From Gammaproteobacteria bacterium (GTDB lineage Bacteria; Pseudomonadota; Gammaproteobacteria; Ga0077536), in assembly GCA_963662545.2 (NCBI GenBank), contig CAXXLL010000002.1:832001-896000 (forward strand): a stretch of DNA of 64,000 nucleotides, read 5' to 3'. How positions within the stretch are numbered: position 1 is the stretch's first letter; every line of letters starts with the position of its first letter. The notes beneath the pieces are model-generated. The model ran no database searches. It was not told the DNA's origin and saw nothing but the letters and a program-made list of their open reading frames with translations. Position numbers and translations under genes: made by a program. This document shows, piece after piece, positions 57,799 through 64,000 of this stretch.

Positions 57799-60165
57799 TC
57801 ATTTCCCGATGAGGGTCAGGCTGAAATGGGTCGCCCCGGGCAAAAAGGGCAGCCGATCGCCTCCAACCCAAGCGTCGTGCCCGGCCCGGTAGAAGGGCGA
57901 CAGCGGATGACCGCTCTGTCCGCCGGGCATGTGAAAATAGCCATTCGCCTCGTCCCCCGGCGATACCGCGAAGCGTTCCGAGGCCCCGTGCGCGCCCCGT
58001 TGCACCCGGGGTGTGTAAACGCCGCCGGGCAACGGTCCGTCGTGGATGTCGAGTAAACCCGCGAGTAACGGCAACGCTTGCGAAAGCGGGTGGGTGATCG
58101 TAACGACGTTGGCCTCGCCCCAGGTGCAAAGCGCGAGACGCTCGTGCCCGCAGGCCGCGATCGCCGCATCGGCTTTCGCCAGGAGAAATTCCGTCCACGA
58201 GCCGTAATCGTCCGGTAGAAAATGCGCGGGCCGTTCCGCCACCAGTCGCCACAGCGGCCCTTCAGACTGGTTGAGCCTCCTGTGGGTGGTGGTTTTTTCG
58301 AAATCGCCGCACGCCCGGAAAATGTGCGCGAAGAGTTCGTCCCGCACTTCAATGCGAAACGCCCTCACCAGACCATAGCCCACCGATTCGACGCTCGCCC
58401 GCCCGTCCCAGCGTTCGAGCTCCCCACGCAGGTCCTCCCGCAGCGGGTTCCCGGTGGCCAGGTCGCTGCTCAGCAATTCAAGCAATAGTTCGCGCCAGCG
58501 CTGGTGCAACAGGGCGCGGTCGTCCAATTGTATGTCGAGCATGTCGTCGATCGTCGCCCCGTCGAGCGCCAACAGTCCGTCCCGTATCTGGCGAGCGCGG
58601 GCGCCCAGCGTGTAACCGCCCGTGCCGAGGCGCTCGAGCGGCAGGCCGTCGACGACGCGCGCGTTCGCCGTCCAGACGAACCCTGAATCCGGGTTGACGA
58701 CGGCGGGATAATGTTCCGGCGCCAGCCATCCCCGCCACCCCGTCGATGGGTCTGACCATGCGGCCGGCAACCTCGGGTCGTATCCTGCGCGCACGGGAAT
58801 CCGGCCGACGATCGTCCATGCGATGTTGCCCTCAGCATCGGCTACCATCAGATTCTGTGGGGGTATCCCGATCACGGGTGCCGAGCGGACGGCGGTTCTC
58901 ACATCCTCGAACCGTTCGAACGCGAGCAGGCCAAGATTGGCCGCGTCGGGTTCACCGGCAAGCCAATGGAGCACGCGCTGGCGGCCGCGATGATCCGTGT
59001 CCACTACAGGCCCCCAAATCGTCGACCGGATCTCGAATGATATCGGGTCCGCACCACGCACCTCGATTACTTCGCCATGGTACTCGAAGCTTCGATACCC
59101 GTTCGGCGTGCGATAAGCATCGGGATTGCCGGGCTCGAGATCCAGCAGCACCAGGTCGGTCAGGTCGGCCCGGCTATTCGTAAATCCCCACGCGATCGCG
59201 CCATTGCTTCCGGCCACGACTACGGGTGCGCCTGGCAGGCTGACGCCGGTGATATCGACATTCCCATCGGGCGAGGCCTCGTTTTCGACGATCAGGCGCA
59301 CGCGATACCAGGTGTTCGGAACGCGCAGGTTCAAGTGCATGTCGTTGGCGATAATGGCGCGGCCGGTGGCACTTTTAGTCCCCGCGACCGCCCAACCATT
59401 ACTGCCGCCGAGGGTCTGCTCGTCGAAGACCGGCATGCGTGCAAGCGGCGATGCGCGGGTTAGGGACTTGCGCAAGTCGCACACCTCAGGGCCCGGCACG
59501 GGCGGTACGGGGTAGGGGTCTCCGATCAACGGTGCGTCCCATTCCGTGCCCTGCGTATCCAGGAATTCGAGCAACGGCGCCGGCAAGGCGTCGTGGAGGA
59601 GGGCGTAATTCGAATCCCGACTCGCGCTGTGGTCGTTGAGTTGAAAAAACATGGCATAGAGCACGAGTATCGTGTCCTCGGGTTGCCAAACTTGCGGCCG
59701 GGTGCGGAGGACCAAATACTCGAAGGGCCGCACCGACAGTGCATCAAGGCCGGCATTCACGCCCTGAGCGTACGCTTCCAACAATGCCGATTCACCGGCC
59801 GAGGCATTGGTAATTACCCTATGCGCAACGGCGCGCAAACGATGCAAACGGCGCGTTTTGTCCACGGGGACGGCACGTACGCCAAAAAGCTCTGCCAATT
59901 CTCCTGCGGCACTGCGTCTCAACAGGTCCATTTGAAAAAAGCGCTCTTGTGCGTGCAGGAAACCCGTCGCCCGGGCGACGTCGATGCGGTTACCTCCCCG
60001 AATCGTCGCGACGCCGAGGGTGTCGCGTTCTATCAGCACCGGTGCCTCGAGGCCCTCGACGAGGACTGTTCCGTCGAGCTTCGGGAGGCTTCCCTGCAAC
60101 GACAGGTACGCCAGACAGCTCAAGCCAAGCAGGCAGAGCGACGCGGATAGCGCAAATTTTTTCAC
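57799..60165 (-). CDS. Penicillin acylase-family Ntn hydrolase
   Basis: N-terminal anchor, HAQERFFQMDLLRR, GSNGWAV (nucleophile Ser), ANDMHL and PGGQSGHP. Confidence 0.9.
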   Translation of the reverse strand: MKKFALSASLCLLGLSCLAYLSLQGSLPKLDGTVLVEGLEAPVLIERDTLGVATIRGGNRIDVARATGFLHAQERFFQMDLLRRSAAGELAELFGVRAVPVDKTRRLHRLRAVAHRVITNASAGESALLEAYAQGVNAGLDALSVRPFEYLVLRTRPQVWQPEDTILVLYAMFFQLNDHSASRDSNYALLHDALPAPLLEFLDTQGTEWDAPLIGDPYPVPPVPGPEVCDLRKSLTRASPLARMPVFDEQTLGGSNGWAVAGTKSATGRAIIANDMHLNLRVPNTWYRVRLIVENEASPDGNVDITGVSLPGAPVVVAGSNGAIAWGFTNSRADLTDLVLLDLEPGNPDAYRTPNGYRSFEYHGEVIEVRGADPISFEIRSTIWGPVVDTDHRGRQRVLHWLAGEPDAANLGLLAFERFEDVRTAVRSAPVIGIPPQNLMVADAEGNIAWTIVGRIPVRAGYDPRLPAAWSDPSTGWRGWLAPEHYPAVVNPDSGFVWTANARVVDGLPLERLGTGGYTLGARARQIRDGLLALDGATIDDMLDIQLDDRALLHQRWRELLLELLSSDLATGNPLREDLRGELERWDGRASVESVGYGLVRAFRIEVRDELFAHIFRACGDFEKTTTHRRLNQSEGPLWRLVAERPAHFLPDDYGSWTEFLLAKADAAIAACGHERLALCTWGEANVVTITHPLSQALPLLAGLLDIHDGPLPGGVYTPRVQRGAHGASERFAVSPGDEANGYFHMPGGQSGHPLSPFYRAGHDAWVGGDRLPFLPGATHFSLTLIGK

Positions 60166-60332
60166 GGTTTCAAGCGCTGATTAATGCTCGTCCAGAAACG
60201 GCCATTTTCAGTACAGAGACACGAAGAGAATACTTCAAAGCATAAATCGAATTACTCACGTCAGAAAACGGAGATAGGTGCGCTGGGAGTGATACGCTTA
60301 TCTCATAACTTCGATGAAATGGGGACAGAAGG

Positions 60333-61778
60333 ATGAAACTCGAAGAATACAGTGCCTATGACGGTCTCGGTTTGGCTGAATTGATCCGCAACGGCGAGGT
60401 CTCGGCAAGCGAAGTCGCGCAGGCGGCGATCGACGCTATTGAAAAAATGAATCCGGAACTCAATGCGGTCATCGAAAGCTATCCCGATCGCACCGCGACG
60501 CTCGATGCCGGCAAACTGCCGGGCGGTGCGTTAAAGGGCTCGCCGTTCCTGATCAAGGACCTGGTCATCCACGAAGCAGGCCAGACTTACGAGATGGGCA
60601 GCCGTCTGGCAAAGGGTTTCGTCGCACCTAACGATACTGAACTCATGATCCGCTACCGCAATGCGGGACTGATCAACCTGGGCCGTACTTCGACGCCTGA
60701 ATTCGGTTATTGCGCGACCGTCGAATGCGTACTCAATGGTCCGACTCGCAATCCTTGGAACACCGAACTGAGCCCGGGGGGATCCAGCGGCGGTTCTGCC
60801 GCAGCGGTTGCGGCGCGCATGGTCCCCATCGCCCACGCCAATGACGGCGGCGGTTCGATCCGGATCCCGGCCGCGTGCTGCGGCCTGGTCGGCATGAAAC
60901 CGACGCGCGGGCGCAATTCGCTGGGTCCCGATCTCGGCGAAGCGGTGGGCGGATTCGCGGTCGAACACGTCCTGACCCGAACGGTACGCGACAGCGCAGC
61001 GGTACTCGACGCGACGCAGGGCGACGGTGGAGGCGATCCGTTCGTCATAACGCCGCCGGCCCGGCCCTACCTCGAAGAAGTCACCACCGAACCCGGCAAG
61101 CTCAAGATCGCGTTCACGACGACGCCCTGGTCGGGCGACAAGATCGATGCGGAAACCGTCTCCGCGGTCAACGAAACGGCGAAGCTGCTCGAAGAACTGG
61201 GGCACGAGGTGAGCGAGGACATGCCGCATTACGACTATCGCCCGCATCTCGAAGCCGCCGCCGTCCTCTGGTCGACCGGCACGGCGGCGTGGGTCGACGC
61301 GGTGGCCAGCGCAACCGGCCGCAAGCCCGGTCCGGATAATCTCGAAACATCGATCCTCGCGACCTATGAAGCGGGGAAACAGGTCTCTGCAGTTGGCTAT
61401 CTTGCCGCAGTCGCGAAAGTGCACGCTGTCAACCGGCAAATCGCACCATTTTTCACTCAATACGATGTGCTCATGACGCCGACCTGCGCGCAACCGGCCT
61501 GGCGGTTGGGCGAAATGAATGCGAACGCCCCGGGCCTGAGCTTGATGGATTGGACCGAACTCGTGTTCGGATTTTGTCCATTTACGCAGCTTTTCAATGC
61601 CACCGGACAACCCGGCGTGTCACTGCCCCTGGCGATGAGCAGTGGCGGTCTCCCGATCGGTGTTCAGTTCGTTGGCCAGTGGGGCGGTGAGGCCGCGCTT
61701 TACCGCCTCGCCGGCCAACTTGAAAAAGCTCGGCCGTGGATCGATCGCAAACCGCCCGTTTGCGCGCAGCCAGGCTAG
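60333..61778 (+). CDS. Amidase-signature family amidase
   Basis: [26 protein letters not shown] and LPIGVQ. Confidence 0.92.
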   Translation: MKLEEYSAYDGLGLAELIRNGEVSASEVAQAAIDAIEKMNPELNAVIESYPDRTATLDAGKLPGGALKGSPFLIKDLVIHEAGQTYEMGSRLAKGFVAPNDTELMIRYRNAGLINLGRTSTPEFGYCATVECVLNGPTRNPWNTELSPGGSSGGSAAAVAARMVPIAHANDGGGSIRIPAACCGLVGMKPTRGRNSLGPDLGEAVGGFAVEHVLTRTVRDSAAVLDATQGDGGGDPFVITPPARPYLEEVTTEPGKLKIAFTTTPWSGDKIDAETVSAVNETAKLLEELGHEVSEDMPHYDYRPHLEAAAVLWSTGTAAWVDAVASATGRKPGPDNLETSILATYEAGKQVSAVGYLAAVAKVHAVNRQIAPFFTQYDVLMTPTCAQPAWRLGEMNANAPGLSLMDWTELVFGFCPFTQLFNATGQPGVSLPLAMSSGGLPIGVQFVGQWGGEAALYRLAGQLEKARPWIDRKPPVCAQPG

Positions 61779-62017
61779 TCGTTCACTTGCAGGCGACCTG
61801 AAGATGCGGTGACCGGAAGGGACGTGATAAAGGGCCCCTCCGGGATGGGACGAGTGACGCCGAGTTTGCCCGCCGTCCGCAGCGCGGTTTAGCGCCGGGT
61901 CGACCGTGAAGTAAATGTGAAATCGTGACTTGTCGTTTGAATGGCGAGATTTTGAGAGCATAATCCTCGGTGAAAGGAGCATGAATATTTGGAGGACGCG
62001 AACAGCGTACGAACTAG

Positions 62018-63767
62018 CTAGTGTCCGTCCATAAACAGGCATTTTCTTCGATGGGCACGGAGAAATCGAGGTGTTGAAAGTAGGTTGTTGGAGCGGTAGC
62101 GGCGGTTCGGTGGGGGTCGAAGGGCTCTTCGAGCGTAATTGTGAGTACGTTCGCCGGCCGCAGAGCGCTGCAACCCAAAGTCGCCCGTTCGACGATATCG
62201 AGGAGGTCAGTTAGTGCGAGTGAACGTCGCTATTCGAGTTGATAGCGCGCGAGCAGGCTGAGGTTGTAGGCGACCACAGAAGACCACACGTAGGCTTCGA
62301 AGTGCGGCAGGCTCTTCCAGGTGCAACGTGCCAATCCGTATGCACGCTTCAGGCAGGAGATACCGGCCTCGATGCCGGCGCGGAAGTTGCGCAAGCGTCG
62401 ATAGACCCACTGACTCTTGACCATGTCGGCGATCGCGAGCCCGCGCTTCTTGTGGAAGGCAACGTCTTCGATGCCTTCTGCTTTCGCCGCCCGGAGATTG
62501 TCGAGGCTCGCATAGCCGCCATCGGCGGCGACCTGTCGTGGCATCGTCCCGTAGTGTGTTCGATGCCGTTCGAGCATCGGCATGAAGCGCTGACTATCGA
62601 CCGGATTGCCTCGCTCGATGACCACGTCGAGGATGAGGCCACTGCGCCCCGAAGCCAGATTGATTTTGTGTCCGTACTGAACGTCGCGCGCACCCTTTAT
62701 GATGATGTCGGTATGCGGCTCGAACAAGCTCACGCACTTCTCGCTCGCGGGGACCTTCTCACCGCCGAACACCCGCCGCTCAGTTTGCGAAATCACCTGC
62801 AGAACAAGTGTTTCGTAGTGCGCTACCTGCGCTAGCCAGTCCGGCAGTTCAACGCCGGTGACGCCCGGGCTCAGCAGCTGCTCACGTACCCTCGCTACCG
62901 CTTCCAAGGTTGAACGCGTCGCCCCAATCAAATCGCGATACAGACGTTGGCGTTGCTTCGCACCACGCGCATACCACAGCGCCCGCGCACGCTTCTTCGC
63001 CAATCGAGTGTGGTTCACGAAGCACAACTCCGGCGCGCCAGGCAACTCGCGCGCCTGTGCGAGCAGACGAACCACAACACGCACGCCATCCCACAGCAGA
63101 TGACTGTCGCTCGGCGCGTGGATGGCACTGTCCGTTACCGTGCTATCAATCCGTACACGCTGTGCCGGCTCAATGCGCGTCTCTTTCGCCGTCGCCAGCA
63201 GGGCGCGATGAATAGACTCCCACGTCGATACCTGGATCGCCGAGACCACCCGCTGTAAGGCAGACTTCTTCGGACGTTCATTACCCGGCAACCGGGCGAA
63301 GGCCTGAAAGCTCGCCGAGTCCTGCAGGTGAAAGGCCAGCTCCTCGTAACTCAATTGCCGGTGCTGCTTGAGCACCGCGCAGCGCAGCACCGACTCCGCC
63401 GACAGTCCGCGTCGACCGGTGGGCTTCAAACCCCGCCGACACAGATCGTTCATGACCGGCGTGAGGACCTTGGGGTGAGCATCGAGCCACTCGGACATGC
63501 CCTGCAGCTCTCGCCCCAGGTCGTGGTCAGCAAACAGCTCGTATATGCACGCTTCAGGCTACCGGGGCCGTGCGTTTCTGACGCATTCCCCCTCCTGTGG
63601 TGTCGATGATTGTGTGGAAAATCAGAGGTTTGAAGTTCCATTAGATCACGACCCACCGGAGGTTTCGATCCCTTAAGCGACAGAACAATTCGTAGTGCGC
63701 TACCTGCGCTACCAGTCCGGCAGTTCAACGCCGGTGATTTCAACCGCATCGCGTTTAGGGATGCACA
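62018..63767 (-). mobile_element. Insertion sequence, right copy (both ends present), CTAG target
   Basis: Imperfect terminal repeats CTAGTGTCCGTCCATAAAC (62018-62036) and GTTTAGGGATGCACACTAG (63753-63771), 16/19 complementary. CTAG at 62014-62017 and 63768-63771. Confidence 0.85.
62230..63586 (-). CDS. DDE transposase (ISNCY/IS5-like) with an apparent frameshift near the N-terminus
   Basis: ORF 62230-63498 contains RIDSTV and AADGGY. RBS AGGAGG plus ATG at 63586 gives MRQKRTA, out of frame with EACIYELFADHDLGRELQGMSEWL because of ~10 extra nt. Confidence 0.85.
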
Positions 63768-64000
63768 CTAGCAAACTAAATTGTATGAGGAGACCTCAAA
63801 CCATGAAGAATTTTCAATACATCGGTTACCCGGCAACCGGGCGAAGGCCTGGCGTGCAGGTAATAGGCGCTCCTCGTAACTCAATTGCCGGTGCGCTCGC
63901 TGCCAGCAGTTGGGACGCTCATGAATCACCCAGTCGATTTCACCAACTGGATGAAAGCGCAGGGAAGCGCATCCAGCCGCAGATTCATTGATGGTGATGT

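Overview
Bacterial DNA, probably from a GC-rich gammaproteobacterium (inferred from gene content). Two apparently identical, inverted copies of a CTAG-targeting DDE insertion sequence bracket the window: the left copy is cut by the window start, and the right copy spans 62018-63767. Just inside the left IS lies a visibly AT-richer ~9-kb block. It encodes a complete group-5 (propane-monooxygenase-like) soluble di-iron monooxygenase (alpha, reductase, beta, coupling protein), a dedicated GroEL paralogue, a Tat-exported two-domain multicopper oxidase and a ZIP transporter, with a 162-bp MITE between the last two genes. The rest is mostly catabolic and accessory genes: a Baeyer-Villiger monooxygenase, a luciferase-like monooxygenase, an epoxide hydrolase, acyl-CoA ligases, a GMC oxidoreductase pair, a PDH-like E1/E2 pair divergent from an Lrp regulator, an acylase and an amidase. 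It also holds an unusual DUF1302-DUF1329-His-rich lipoprotein envelope operon, GTAG-family REP doublets and two genes with large in-frame internal deletions. The last ~450 bp contain scrambled IS fragments that may be assembly artefacts. No rRNA, tRNA or CRISPR array was recognised. All family assignments come from motif recognition, not database searches.
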